Assembly (NCBI GenBank): GCA_965248145.1
Contig: OZ252091.1
Location: 2,898,082 to 2,962,081 of the forward strand
Direction: 5' to 3'
DNA from: Gammaproteobacteria bacterium
GTDB lineage: Bacteria > Pseudomonadota > Gammaproteobacteria > Eutrophobiales > Eutrophobiaceae
DNA length: 64,000 bases
Shown here one piece after another: positions 1-9,431 of the stretch. A program made the translations under genes and the position numbers. Below the pieces are notes generated by a model. That model was not told where the DNA came from. It searched no databases and saw nothing but the letters and a program-made list of their open reading frames with translations. Numbering within the stretch: position 1 is the stretch's first letter; every line of letters begins with the position of its first letter.

Positions 1-498
1 TATTGCCCAGGGAACCATCGACCAGTGGAACTGACCATACATGTGCGCCCACTCGGCCGCCTGCGGCGTACCGGCCTCGATTCCGAAAGGGGGAGTTTGG
101 AAATAAAAAATCGGTTCGACAAAGGCCCAGTTGGTAATGCCGATGCCTATCCCGGCAGTAAACATCATGGCAACCCAGCTTGGCGTCGAGAACTCGGCGT
201 CGTCGTCGGGGTCGCCTAATTTTACCCGTCCGTAACAACTGAACGCCAGCCAGGCAAGAACCGCGATGCTGGCGGCACCAGCCAGGAGGTACAACCAGCC
301 GAAATAACCGGTCACGGTCTTCAACGCGTCACCGAGAAACAGTTCGGCGCGCTCGGGTTTCAAGACCAGCATCACGCCGATGATAATAACCAGGATAAAG
401 GTTGGCAGGAAAACCTTTTTATCCAGGGTCGGTTGTGGGGTCGAAGATGTAGTGGTCACTGTCACTGTGCGGTCAATATGCTCGTGACAGGATACCAT
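1..498 (-). CDS. BCCT family transporter (betaine/carnitine/choline type), partial. The 5' end is in the window and the gene runs off the window start
   Basis: Minus-strand translation from ATG at 496-498 is open to position 1. It gives MVSCHEHIDRTVTVTTTSSTPQPTLDKKVFLPTFILVIIIGV...WVAMMFTAGIGIGITNWAFVEP, a membrane protein with the BCCT motif FTAGIGIG. It is a paralog of 4840..6402. It is not in the ORF track because it has no stop inside the window. Confidence 0.7.
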   Translation of the reverse strand, partial: MVSCHEHIDRTVTVTTTSSTPQPTLDKKVFLPTFILVIIIGVMLVLKPERAELFLGDALKTVTGYFGWLYLLAGAASIAVLAWLAFSCYGRVKLGDPDDDAEFSTPSWVAMMFTAGIGIGITNWAFVEPIFYFQTPPFGIEAGTPQAAEWAHMYGQFHWSMVPWAI

Positions 499-571
499 TA
501 CACAAGTAACATTAAAAGTCGAGCCTCTTCCAATACGAGATGATACTGAACGGAGATCGTGTTTCTAACAC

Positions 572-1916
572 GAAATGATACTGAAATAGCCTGATTTCTG
601 TTCATGATGGGAGGATGAATACCATTATGAACGACCATCACTTAAAAACACTGGAGCAGGTGCGTGCCTTTCTTGACGGCACCCAGGCTGTCGAGTTCTC
701 CCTGGACACCAAAGCGGAACGCTACGATTTTATTCGTCGCACCCTCATTCGGTTTGCCTATCAGCGCTTGTCAAAGCCCGATAAAGGGCTGCTGCTCAGT
801 TTCATGACACATGTCAGTGGCTATTCGCGGATTCAGGTAAAGCGGTTGACCAAAACCTGGCTCAAACGGGGACAACTACAACCCCGCTCCAGTGCAGGCA
901 ATGGCTTTACACGCAAATATACGGATGCGGACCAACGCCTTCTGGTCGAACTGGATGAACTGCATGGCACGCTCTCCGGACCCGCCACCAAAAAGCTTTG
1001 TGAACGTGCCTGGCGGTTGTTTAAACTCCCCGGCTATCAACGATTGGCCGGCATCTCCGTATCACACCTCTACAATATGAGGCGTGCCAAAATCTACCAG
1101 AGGAATCGTCGCCAGTTCGATAAAACACGGCCAAGAGCGTCCGCTATTGGCGAGCGGCGCAAACCACAGCCCAATGGCCAGCCCGGTTATATTCGAGTGG
1201 ATACAGTTCATCAAGGCGACCTGGATGGGTTCAAAGGACTCTACCATATCAATGGCGTCGATGAAGTCACCCAATTTGAAATTGTCTGTGCCGTCGAAAA
1301 AATATCCGAGCGCTACCTGATCCCTGTGCTCGAACAGCTACTGGAGCAGTTCCCTTTTATGATTCTTGGCTTTCACGCCGACAACGGTTCCGAGTACATC
1401 AATCAGCATGTGGTCAAGCTCCTCAAGAAACTCCTGATCGAACTGACCAAATCCCGCGCTCGACACTCCAACGATAACGCGTTGGTCGAATCCAAAAATG
1501 GGTCGATCATCAGAAAGCACCTCGGCTACAGCCATATCCGACAGCACCTGGCGCCGCTGGTTAATCAGTTCCATCAAGACTATCTGAACCCCTACATCAA
1601 TTACCATCGGCCTTGCTTCTTCCCGGTGACAAAAACCAATGCCAAAGGGAAGCAGGTAAAAACCTATCCCTATGAAGCCATGATGACACCGTATGAGAAG
1701 TTCAAATCACTCGACCAACCCAGCCAACATTTGAAACCCGACATCACTATGAATAAACTGGATGCAATTGCTTTTTCAATCAATGATAATGAAGCGGCTA
1801 AACAGCTCAAGGACGCCAAACAACAACTCTTTAAAACCGTTACTGAACAGAACCATCAGGCTGCATAGCGAGCACATGGATGGCTGCTATCAAGACCCAG
1901 AGTTCAGTATCATTTC
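572..1916 (+). mobile_element. IS element encoding a single rve/DDE transposase, delimited by an exact 14-bp inverted repeat (boundaries approximate)
   Basis: gaaatgatactgaa at 572-585 is the exact reverse complement of ttcagtatcatttc at 1903-1916. A partial extra copy atgatactgaa lies at 540-550. The repeats flank the transposase ORF. Confidence 0.45.
615..1868 (+). CDS. DDE/rve-superfamily transposase (integrase catalytic core) with N-terminal HTH
   Basis: 417 aa. Motifs HADNGSEY and RHSNDNALVESKNGSIIRK are typical of the retroviral-integrase-like DDE core. N-terminal HTH-like LTKTWLKRGQL. Confidence 0.75.
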   Translation: MNTIMNDHHLKTLEQVRAFLDGTQAVEFSLDTKAERYDFIRRTLIRFAYQRLSKPDKGLLLSFMTHVSGYSRIQVKRLTKTWLKRGQLQPRSSAGNGFTRKYTDADQRLLVELDELHGTLSGPATKKLCERAWRLFKLPGYQRLAGISVSHLYNMRRAKIYQRNRRQFDKTRPRASAIGERRKPQPNGQPGYIRVDTVHQGDLDGFKGLYHINGVDEVTQFEIVCAVEKISERYLIPVLEQLLEQFPFMILGFHADNGSEYINQHVVKLLKKLLIELTKSRARHSNDNALVESKNGSIIRKHLGYSHIRQHLAPLVNQFHQDYLNPYINYHRPCFFPVTKTNAKGKQVKTYPYEAMMTPYEKFKSLDQPSQHLKPDITMNKLDAIAFSINDNEAAKQLKDAKQQLFKTVTEQNHQAA

Positions 1917-1974
1917 TCTATTGGAATATACTGTCGGGTATAAGTTCAGTATTCAGATAGCCTGTACACAATCT

Positions 1975-2241
1975 TCAGGATATATCCTGACCTTTCGGGA
2001 CAGCAGATTTCCAATCTTCGTCAGAAAACTCAACCATATACTCGCCCTCCGAAAACGGCTCACCGGCAAGATTATCAAGCCAGGCAATACCTTCATAATA
2101 GACATCGTCATATCGAGGATTTTTTACCGGATTTATCAATTTACGATCTTTCCGTTGCCTGTTTTTGTATCTCGCTCGCAATGCACGCATCCGTTCTTCG
2201 AACTCCCGCTTTTTGCTGTCCGATAAGTTATCTACGCTCAT
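1975..2241 (-). CDS. hypothetical small protein (88 aa), basic and charged
   Basis: ORF only; upstream context looks like a promoter. No recognisable domain. Confidence 0.25.
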   Translation of the reverse strand: MSVDNLSDSKKREFEERMRALRARYKNRQRKDRKLINPVKNPRYDDVYYEGIAWLDNLAGEPFSEGEYMVEFSDEDWKSAVPKGQDIS

Positions 2242-2290
2242 GGCACTGTATGTATAAATATTTTACATTCATATTGAAAAGAAATTATAC

Positions 2291-3145
2291 ATGACTTATA
2301 TTGAAATAACATTCCAGTCATCAAGAAAAACCATCAACACATTCACGCTGAGGGAGAAAGCGAGGCAGGGTATCACCATGCTGGGAAAATTTATTCACGG
2401 GCAACGCACCAGGCGCAACATGACACAGGAGTATCTCGCATCCAAGCTGGGTGTGTCTCGTCCTACCTATCTGCACATTGAGCGCGGTGAGCGGGAGCTT
2501 ACGGTTACCGAGGCCAAAACGCTGGCGGGGATTTTTGCTATGTCGCTTGAAGATTTTCTGGCTGGTCGCGAGCCGAAGCATACCGTTAAACTCACCAAGC
2601 AGCCGGCGCGAAAAACCGGAGACCTGCGGATTCGCGTGACACAAAAAAATCTCGATACGTTCAGGCAGGTTCTTCTTTACATCCTGAATAAAGTCGGTGG
2701 CAAGCCGAATGTAGGCGAGACCGTGCTGCACAAACTGCTTTATTTCATTGATTTTGACTATTACGAAAAATTTGAGGAAAACCTGATGGGCGCGACGTAC
2801 ATTAAAAATCATCACGGCCCGACGTCCGTCGAATTGCAGTCGATTCTGCAGGATATGCAGGAGAGCGGGGAAATTGAGGCAGTCAACAGTCAATATTTTA
2901 AACATGAGCAACAGAAATACCTGCCCCTCAAGCGTCCTACCCTTGCCTCTCTCTCTGCTCGCGACGTTGGGCATATTGATGATGTATTAGCCCGTCTCTC
3001 CGATAAAAACGCGAAAGAGATAGAAAACTATTCACACGGGGATATTTCCTGGAAATCGGCGCAGGACGGCCAGCCGCTTTCCTATGAGAGCGTCTTTTAC
3101 CGTGATGAGAAGTACTCCGTAAGAAACTATGACGATGAACTTTGA
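2291..3145 (+). CDS. HTH-XRE plus Panacea (DUF4065, SocA-like) domain protein; putative PanA-type antitoxin. A more likely start is ATG 2378 (MLGKF)
   Basis: N-terminal MTQEYLASKLGVSRPTYLHIERGERELTVTEAKTLAGIF is an XRE HTH. C-terminal ...VLHKLLYFIDFDYYEKFEENLMGATYIKNHHGPTSVELQSIL matches the Panacea/DUF4065 signature. It overlaps the downstream small ORF by 17 nt. Confidence 0.6.
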   Translation: MTYIEITFQSSRKTINTFTLREKARQGITMLGKFIHGQRTRRNMTQEYLASKLGVSRPTYLHIERGERELTVTEAKTLAGIFAMSLEDFLAGREPKHTVKLTKQPARKTGDLRIRVTQKNLDTFRQVLLYILNKVGGKPNVGETVLHKLLYFIDFDYYEKFEENLMGATYIKNHHGPTSVELQSILQDMQESGEIEAVNSQYFKHEQQKYLPLKRPTLASLSARDVGHIDDVLARLSDKNAKEIENYSHGDISWKSAQDGQPLSYESVFYRDEKYSVRNYDDEL

Positions 3146-3458
3146 TGAACTGCCGGAATTTCAAAAAGAACGTCAGCGCCTTGCCAGGAAATATCGCTCA
3201 CTTCCCGAAGACCTCCGGGAGTTTCGGAACGTCGTTTCCGTCGTCCCGCTCGGGAACAATAAACATTTTGCCGTCATTGAGCGAAACGACGTCCTGTATA
3301 TTGTAAAAGCCCGTTTGTTTTGCCGATATTTGAAGGGGTCGTCACTGCGCGTCATCTACTCGTATTCTGAGCAGAAACAGCGAATTGAATTTATCGAAAT
3401 ATCACAAGCAAAGGAGATAAGGAGAACGAAGATCGCAAGCGAGTGGAACAGTATTTGA
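3129..3458 (+). CDS. putative toxin partner of the Panacea antitoxin (RelE/ParE-like pattern), 109 aa
   Basis: Translationally coupled and overlaps the upstream gene. C-terminal LRVIYSYSEQKQRIEFIEISQAKE resembles the RelE/ParE beta-strand motif. No strong signature, so the fold is an inference. Confidence 0.4.
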   Translation: MTMNFDELPEFQKERQRLARKYRSLPEDLREFRNVVSVVPLGNNKHFAVIERNDVLYIVKARLFCRYLKGSSLRVIYSYSEQKQRIEFIEISQAKEIRRTKIASEWNSI

Positions 3459-3530
3459 TCAAGTATCAAAAAAGATTATGTATCATTGAACCAATTTATC
3501 TGACAAATCAAAGAATAAGGACAACACGGA

Positions 3531-3914
3531 ATGACAAAACGGACCAGGAAATCCATGGCAACCGTGCCAGCCACCCAGATTGAACGCCATATCCTCCTCA
3601 TTCGGGGAGAAAAAGTTATACTTGACGCTGACCTTGCGATCCTCTATGAAGTGGAAACCAAAGTTCTGACCCAAGCCGTCAAACGCAATATGACGCGTTT
3701 TCCCGCTGATTTCATGTTCCAACTCAGCAAGGAAGAATTTGACCACTTGAGGTCACAGACTGTGACCTCAAACTGGGGTGGCCGACGCTACCCACCCTAT
3801 GCTTTTACTGAACAGGGCGTAGCCATGCTGTCCGGCGTATTGCGTAGCGACCGTGCGGTGAAAGTAAACATTCAGCAGTGCTTGTCCGGCTTTACTCATT
3901 TTCCCGGTCATTGA
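3531..3914 (+). pseudogene. ORF6N-domain (KilA-N/Rha-like) protein, apparently truncated at 127 aa
   Basis: [57 protein letters not shown] is the ORF6N domain. Family members are usually about 200 aa or longer, and the ORF ends abruptly. Confidence 0.45.
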
Positions 3915-4018
3915 TTGCCTCTCTGATTTTTTTCAGTTCGTGAGCCGGAATATTCTCACGCTCATTCTTTTCATACATGGCAAGAAGCCAGGTTTCATAT
4001 TGATCTGGTTTGTTTATT

Positions 4019-4450
4019 TCAAAACGCTTCGGGAAGAACAGTAAAGCCTTCCCGATATGCTACGTCACGCAGTCGTTGATCAAAGGCAACAATGCCCTGG
4101 CCGGTTGTGAGTCCCTGGCACCACTGGATGGCGGCAGAGAGTTGCAAGGCATCCGCCGCTCGTAAGGGATGCACTGCCAACAATCGTTCGGCCGTACTGC
4201 GTAACGCCTCACTCGGTTGCATCTCGGTCCAGGCTTGCACCAGGGTATGCAACACGTGACGCGCGGCGCGTTCGTCAAGGGTTGTCAAGTCACCTGCTCT
4301 TACTTGTCGCATCAATGCAGAAATACATTCGGTGCGCGCGCGCCACCACGCGACTATGGAAGAATCTTCAACGAGCAAGTCCTGTACGATGGTCGTGTTC
4401 GGCTCATACACACATAGGGGCACAATGGCCGACGTATCCCAGAATCTCAC
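4019..4450 (-). CDS. vapC: PIN-domain VapC-like toxin (likely GTG start overlapping the antitoxin stop)
   Basis: FWDTSAIVPL...LRAADALQLSAAIQWCQGLTTGQGIVAFDQRLRDVAYREG matches the VapC PIN acidic-residue pattern. It lies immediately downstream of, and overlapping, a Phd antitoxin. Confidence 0.65.
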   Translation of the reverse strand: MRFWDTSAIVPLCVYEPNTTIVQDLLVEDSSIVAWWRARTECISALMRQVRAGDLTTLDERAARHVLHTLVQAWTEMQPSEALRSTAERLLAVHPLRAADALQLSAAIQWCQGLTTGQGIVAFDQRLRDVAYREGFTVLPEAF

Positions 4451-4737
4451 CAGCCTTCTTCCCGCTCCTGCAAAACCGCCGAACGCACTGCCGCCTGTGA
4501 GTCCATGGGACGCGGCAGTTCCCAAAAATCCTCTGGTAAGGATTTCTCAGCGCGTTTGAGCAGGCCTTTTTTTTCCATGTCTACCAGGTGCTCAGGTAGA
4601 GACGCAAGATCCGCAACAGGCAATAAACGCGCAACAGGACGACCATGGTCGGTAATTAACACTTCTTCGCCGGCTTTGACCCGACGCAAGTAGGCGCTTA
4701 TCGACATTTTGAGTTGTGACACAGTTGTAGTCTGCAT
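4447..4737 (-). CDS. Phd/YefM-family antitoxin
   Basis: MQTTTVSQLKMSISAYLRRVKAGEEVLITDHGRPVARLLP is the classic Phd/YefM N-terminus. 96 aa. Confidence 0.7.
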   Translation of the reverse strand: MQTTTVSQLKMSISAYLRRVKAGEEVLITDHGRPVARLLPVADLASLPEHLVDMEKKGLLKRAEKSLPEDFWELPRPMDSQAAVRSAVLQEREEGW

Positions 4738-4839
4738 GTAATGACCTGTCTGGTTAAAATATTAAGGCCAGTATAGTTAGTATACTATCGTCAAGCAACA
4801 TATTTGTGCAACTCCGTCTACCGTTCCTCATTAAAAAAA

Positions 4840-6402
4840 TCAATGGGGAGCGTAGTCGGACAACAGGCCCAGTAGCAGGCACAGGCAGGAAAGGAGCAGC
4901 ACCAGGGTAAACGGTATGGCCACGGTAATGGCGCCGGCCTGTAATGCGCTCAAGGCATCGCTGCCGCCGCCGACGAGTAAGGCCGCCGCAATCAGGCCCA
5001 GCAGTATCGCCCAGAAAGCGCGCTGGTAACGGGGCGAATCGAGCTTCCCCCCGGCGGTGATAATGTCCACGACCAGGGAGCCGGAATCGGCCGAGGTGAT
5101 AAAAAAAGTCAGCACCAGGACCACGGCCACCAGTGAAGCCAGGATTGTGAAAGGCAGGTTTTCCAGGGCATGGAAGAGGGCCAGGGAAGGATCGTCAATG
5201 CCGTTGGCCAACTCGCCGATGCCGTGCTGGACCTGGTCCAGCGCGACGCCACCAAAAACCGACATCCAGATGGCGCTGACCAGTGTCGGCAACAATAACA
5301 CGGCCACCAGGAACTCCCTGACCGTGCGGCCCTTGGAAATACGCGCGATAAATATCCCGACAAAAGGCGACCAGGATATCCACCAGGCCCAGTAAAAGAC
5401 GGTCCAGCTCTTGTACCATGCCTCATCTTCACGGCCGACCCAGTCACTCAAAGGCATGAAATGTGTCACATAGTGCGAAAGGTCTTCACCGATGCCGGAA
5501 ATAGCCGACAAGGTAGGGCCGGCAATAACAACAAACATAAGGAGCAGCAATGCAACCAGTATATTGAAGTTACTCAACACTTTTACGCCGCGATCCAGGC
5601 CGCGTATGACGGATATAATGGCAATCGCCGTGACCACGGTGATAATTAACAACTGTGTGGTCAAGCCATTGTCAACGCCGAACACAGCGTGCAGCCCCCC
5701 GGTGGCCTGTTTGGCTCCCAGTCCCAGGGAAGTGGCCAGACCGAAGATGGTGGCAAAAACGGCCACCACGTCGATGAAATGCCCCGGCCAACGCCAACAT
5801 TGTTCGCCCAACAACGGGTAGAAGATGGAACGGATTACTAACGGTAAACCTTTATTGAATGAAAAGAAGGCCAGGGACAGCGCCACCACGGCAAAGATGG
5901 CCCAGGGATGTAAGCCCCAATGGTACAGCGTCGCCCCCATCGCGGCGGCAGCCGCTTCAGGCGAATGAGGCAACACATTTAACGGTGTTCCGGCCCAGTT
6001 CGTATAGTAGGCAACCGGCTCGGCGACGCACCAGAACATCAGGCCGATACCCATCCCGGCCGCAAACAGCATGGAAAACCAGGATAGCCTGGAAAACTCG
6101 GGTTTCGCTGCTTCGCCACCCAGCCGTATCCTGCCGCAAGGCAATACGATCAACAGAATACAAAAGAAGACAAAGAAATTGCCGGAAATCATCACCAGCC
6201 AATCAAAATTTTCAATTGACCAGTTCTTTGCCTGTTCAAGAATGATTTTGGCTTCGCCGGGGAATAATAGGGTTCCGACAACGAAGCCGACGGTGAGAAG
6301 CGCAGTGATAAAAAACACCGGGTTATGTAACTCCATCCTGAAGATGCGGACGTTGTCCTGACCGACGGTATAACGGGTGTTGTAATGGTTGGGAGAGGAC
6401 AC
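4840..6402 (-). CDS. BCCT family transporter (glycine betaine/choline/carnitine)
   Basis: 520 aa polytopic protein. FSMLFAAGMGIGLMFWCVAEP is the BCCT signature. Confidence 0.85.
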   Translation of the reverse strand: MSSPNHYNTRYTVGQDNVRIFRMELHNPVFFITALLTVGFVVGTLLFPGEAKIILEQAKNWSIENFDWLVMISGNFFVFFCILLIVLPCGRIRLGGEAAKPEFSRLSWFSMLFAAGMGIGLMFWCVAEPVAYYTNWAGTPLNVLPHSPEAAAAAMGATLYHWGLHPWAIFAVVALSLAFFSFNKGLPLVIRSIFYPLLGEQCWRWPGHFIDVVAVFATIFGLATSLGLGAKQATGGLHAVFGVDNGLTTQLLIITVVTAIAIISVIRGLDRGVKVLSNFNILVALLLLMFVVIAGPTLSAISGIGEDLSHYVTHFMPLSDWVGREDEAWYKSWTVFYWAWWISWSPFVGIFIARISKGRTVREFLVAVLLLPTLVSAIWMSVFGGVALDQVQHGIGELANGIDDPSLALFHALENLPFTILASLVAVVLVLTFFITSADSGSLVVDIITAGGKLDSPRYQRAFWAILLGLIAAALLVGGGSDALSALQAGAITVAIPFTLVLLLSCLCLLLGLLSDYAPH

Positions 6403-6415
6403 TGTTTGATTATAC

Positions 6416-7819
6416 TTGACTATTTGTAGAATTGGCGGACAATTGCGCCGCCTGTCGGAAACCAGGCAACAGAAGTTTCCCGTAAAATCGCTGGTTCATG
6501 TATTTATCAGGGCAATCACTCTCTTGAACAATTCGCATCATCAAACAAGTAAACCGCAGATCTTCCTGGTTTGGAGCCTGCTGTTCGGCGTTGCGTTGAT
6601 CTCCGTCTGCAACGGCATGCAGGGTACGCTGCTGGGGATCAGGGCTTCACTGGAAGACTTCGGGGTAGACACCATCGGTCTCATTATGTCCGCCTATTAT
6701 GCCGGCTTTCTCCTGGGCGCCCGGGTGGTGCCCAAGTGGGTAAAACAAGTGGGACATATCCGCGTGTTTGCCGCCCTGGCCTCAATTGCCTCCGTAGCTA
6801 TCCTGCTGCATTCCGCCGTTGTCAACCCGGTGATGTGGTTCCTGTTTCGCACGTTGACGGGCTTTTGTCTGTCAGGTTTATACATGGTCTCGGAAAGCTG
6901 GCTGAACGCCATCTCCGGCAACCACAATCGAGGCCGCCTGCTGGCTGCCTATATGTTCACCATTGCCCTGGGGTTTATCGGCGGACAATTCCTGATAAAC
7001 CTGGCGTCCCCGCTGGGTTTCGAGTTGTTTATCCTGGCCTCCGTCATCCTGTCCATTGCCATCGTGCCTATGTTGCTGAGTAATATTTCCGCCCCGGCGA
7101 TTGCGTACGCGGAACACCTGGAGTTGAGCAGGTTAATCAGGCTTACTCCCCTGGGGGCCATGGGCGTCTTCGTACAGGGCGTCACCTCTGGCGCGGTGAT
7201 GTGGTTAACCGCGGTATTTGGCCAACAGAGCGGTTTTTCCACTGCCGAGAGCGCCTTGCTGGTGGGGACCCTGATGGCTGGAGGACTGGTATTGTTACTG
7301 CCCGTCGGCAGGTTGTCTGACCGCCAGGAGCGCCGCCACACTTTGCTGTTATTATCAGTCCTGGCTGCAGGCGCGAGCCTGTTCGTGCCGTTTGCCGCCC
7401 ACCTGGGCAATCTGTGGTTCCTGGCCGGTCTGTTGTTCCTGGTGGGTGGGATCGTCCTGTCGTTTTACTCGGTGTCCATGTCTCATATCAACGATCACGT
7501 ACGCAACGAGCAAATTCTGTCGGCCAGCGGCAGCATTATTTTTATAAATGGAATCGGCGGCTTATCAGGCCCCATACTCAGCACCCAGGTGATGAAATTC
7601 TTCGGGCCGGGCAGTCTGTATTATTTCGTGGCGCTGGTTTACCTGTTCATGGCGGTATTCACCCTTTACCGCATGTCGGTGCGCGCGCCGATTACCGCGC
7701 AGGAACAATCTCATGGGATGGCGGTCATGATGCAAACATCGCAGGTCATCGTAGCCGAGGCAATGGATGAAACAGACCTGGGCGACCCATTAGCGCCCGA
7801 GAATGAACAGGGGTTCTAA
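6416..7819 (+). CDS. MFS transporter. The true start is probably downstream (for example TTG at about 6524) because the first ~45 codons look non-coding
   Basis: 12-TM-like hydrophobic profile. The motif region GLYMVSESWLNAISGNHNRGRLLAAY sits between TM2 and TM3. Confidence 0.7.
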   Translation: MTICRIGGQLRRLSETRQQKFPVKSLVHVFIRAITLLNNSHHQTSKPQIFLVWSLLFGVALISVCNGMQGTLLGIRASLEDFGVDTIGLIMSAYYAGFLLGARVVPKWVKQVGHIRVFAALASIASVAILLHSAVVNPVMWFLFRTLTGFCLSGLYMVSESWLNAISGNHNRGRLLAAYMFTIALGFIGGQFLINLASPLGFELFILASVILSIAIVPMLLSNISAPAIAYAEHLELSRLIRLTPLGAMGVFVQGVTSGAVMWLTAVFGQQSGFSTAESALLVGTLMAGGLVLLLPVGRLSDRQERRHTLLLLSVLAAGASLFVPFAAHLGNLWFLAGLLFLVGGIVLSFYSVSMSHINDHVRNEQILSASGSIIFINGIGGLSGPILSTQVMKFFGPGSLYYFVALVYLFMAVFTLYRMSVRAPITAQEQSHGMAVMMQTSQVIVAEAMDETDLGDPLAPENEQGF

Positions 7820-7829
7820 CTCGCGTTTC

Positions 7830-8633
7830 TTACTGGGAAATAACGTCAGGAATGAAGAGTTGTTCCCCTGAAATTCTGAATTCACGAATAATGCACTGTC
7901 CCTGCTCTCCGCGGATGAAGTCCGCATATTTTTGCGCCAGGGCTGTTTGGGTATGCGGGTGTTTTTCGGAGTTCACGAGGATAACGTGATAGGGATTTTG
8001 TAACTCCGCCGCGCCCTCATGGACGATAGCCAACTCTATTTTGCCCCTGAATGCCAGGTACGTTCCCCTGTCGGTCAGCGTATATGCCTGTTTGTCACCG
8101 GCTATTTTCAATACTGCGCCCATACCCTGGCCCACGGACAGGTACCAGGCCCCTCCCGGCTTGAGCCGCGCCGCTTGCCAAAGAGTCATTTCCTTCTTGT
8201 GTGTCCCTGAGTCATCCCCTCTTGAGATAAAACCGACACCGGAGCTCGCTATGCGCGTCATGGCGTCCGCCAGTGAATCCGCCGCGGCCACGGCAGCCGG
8301 GTCTGCAACGGGACCTACCAGGATAAAGTCATTGTGCATGACAGGTAAGCGCTCCACGCCGAAACCGCTCTCGACGAACTCCTTCTCCGCTGCCGGGGCA
8401 TGGACCATGACCAGGTCCACGTCGCCGTTCCTGCCCAGGCGCAAGGCCTTGCCGGTACCTACGGCGATTACGTCCAACCTGACGTTGTTCTGCTCTTCAA
8501 AAGGCGGATGCAACAGGGTCAACAGACCTGAATTTTCCGTACTGGTCGTCGTGGCCAACCTTAATCGTTCCTCCGCGACAACGACGTTTGAAATTAAAAC
8601 TGCCGAGAGTAGTAAATATAAAATTCTTTTCAT
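7830..8633 (-). CDS. Periplasmic substrate-binding protein, TupA-like (tungstate/oxyanion PBP). Start taken at MKRILYLLLSAVLISNVVVA, a signal peptide
   Basis: Signal peptide followed by a PBP-like fold. RGDDSGTHKKEMTLW resembles the TupA RGDxSGT motif. No permease or ATPase gene is adjacent, so this is an orphan. Confidence 0.5.
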   Translation of the reverse strand: MKRILYLLLSAVLISNVVVAEERLRLATTTSTENSGLLTLLHPPFEEQNNVRLDVIAVGTGKALRLGRNGDVDLVMVHAPAAEKEFVESGFGVERLPVMHNDFILVGPVADPAAVAAADSLADAMTRIASSGVGFISRGDDSGTHKKEMTLWQAARLKPGGAWYLSVGQGMGAVLKIAGDKQAYTLTDRGTYLAFRGKIELAIVHEGAAELQNPYHVILVNSEKHPHTQTALAQKYADFIRGEQGQCIIREFRISGEQLFIPDVISQ

Positions 8634-8745
8634 TGTTAATTCATTTTTGTAGACAAGGCCGGGATTTTGCAGGAAAACGCTCTTTTTTTGAATATTATTC
8701 AGAATATTTCTTGAAATATATATTTTATAATATATACTTTTTCTC

Positions 8746-8979
8746 ATGAAAGAAGCAAAGCTATTCACTAATGGTCAAAGTCAGGCAGTAAGACTACCCA
8801 AAGAATTCCGGTTTCGTGGAAAATCCGTCTATATAAAGAGGTTAGGCGGTTATGTTATTCTTATCCCGAAGGAAAATCCCTGGCAAACGATGTTTGACGC
8901 CCGCGGAAAATTCACTTCGGATTTTATGGCGCAACGGGATCAAGGTTATCAGGAAAACAGGGAAGACCTCAGTTTATGA
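8746..8979 (+). CDS. vapB: VapB (AbrB/MazE-fold) antitoxin
   Basis: MKEAKLFTNGQSQAVRLPKEFRF is the SpoVT/AbrB-like swapped-hairpin N-terminus. It overlaps vapC by 4 nt. Confidence 0.75.
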   Translation: MKEAKLFTNGQSQAVRLPKEFRFRGKSVYIKRLGGYVILIPKENPWQTMFDARGKFTSDFMAQRDQGYQENREDLSL

Positions 8980-9374
8980 AATATGTACTTGATACAAATT
9001 CGTGTATTTATATCATCAACAAACATTCCGACAAAATTCAGAAAAAATTTGAAACCCTGAATATCGGTGACGTCTGCATTTCATCAATTACCTGCGCGGA
9101 ACTTCAATTCGGTATCTCCAACAGCTCCAACCCGAAACAAAATCAGGAGGCGCTTAATGAATTCCTGGGACCACTCGAGATCCTGGATTTCCCTGTGGGC
9201 GCCTGCCCGCTTTACGGCGAGATAAGAGCAAAACTCAAGAAATCAGGCAATATGATTGGTCCCCTGGATTTACTCATTGGCGCACACGCCTTGTTTCTCC
9301 AAGCCACTTTAGTAACGAATAATGAGAACGAATTCTCCCGAATTTCAAGGCTGAAAATAGAAAACTGGATTTAA
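8976..9374 (+). CDS. vapC: VapC PIN-domain toxin
   Basis: MKYVLDTNSCIYIIN...ITCAELQFG...LLIGAHALFLQATLVTNNENEFSRI is a canonical PIN/VapC. Confidence 0.8.
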   Translation: MKYVLDTNSCIYIINKHSDKIQKKFETLNIGDVCISSITCAELQFGISNSSNPKQNQEALNEFLGPLEILDFPVGACPLYGEIRAKLKKSGNMIGPLDLLIGAHALFLQATLVTNNENEFSRISRLKIENWI

Positions 9375-9431
9375 TGGATTTTGGGACATGCTGGAAGCAG
9401 CTGGAAAAGGCGCTTCCTCTTACCTGACGCA

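Noticed and set aside
25-219. 64-aa plus-strand ORF at the window start
   Set aside because: It lies opposite the partial BCCT transporter gene, whose minus-strand frame is continuous and carries the BCCT signature.
2321-2974. 217-aa minus-strand ORF
   Set aside because: Antisense to the HTH-XRE/Panacea gene, which has clear domain signatures on the plus strand.
6571-7083. 170-aa plus-strand ORF, frame 2, inside the MFS gene
   Set aside because: It is an alternative frame of a clear membrane-protein CDS, arginine/proline-rich and typical of a spurious ORF.
8041-8652. 203-aa plus-strand ORF
   Set aside because: Antisense to the TupA-like substrate-binding protein gene; proline/serine-rich and low-complexity.
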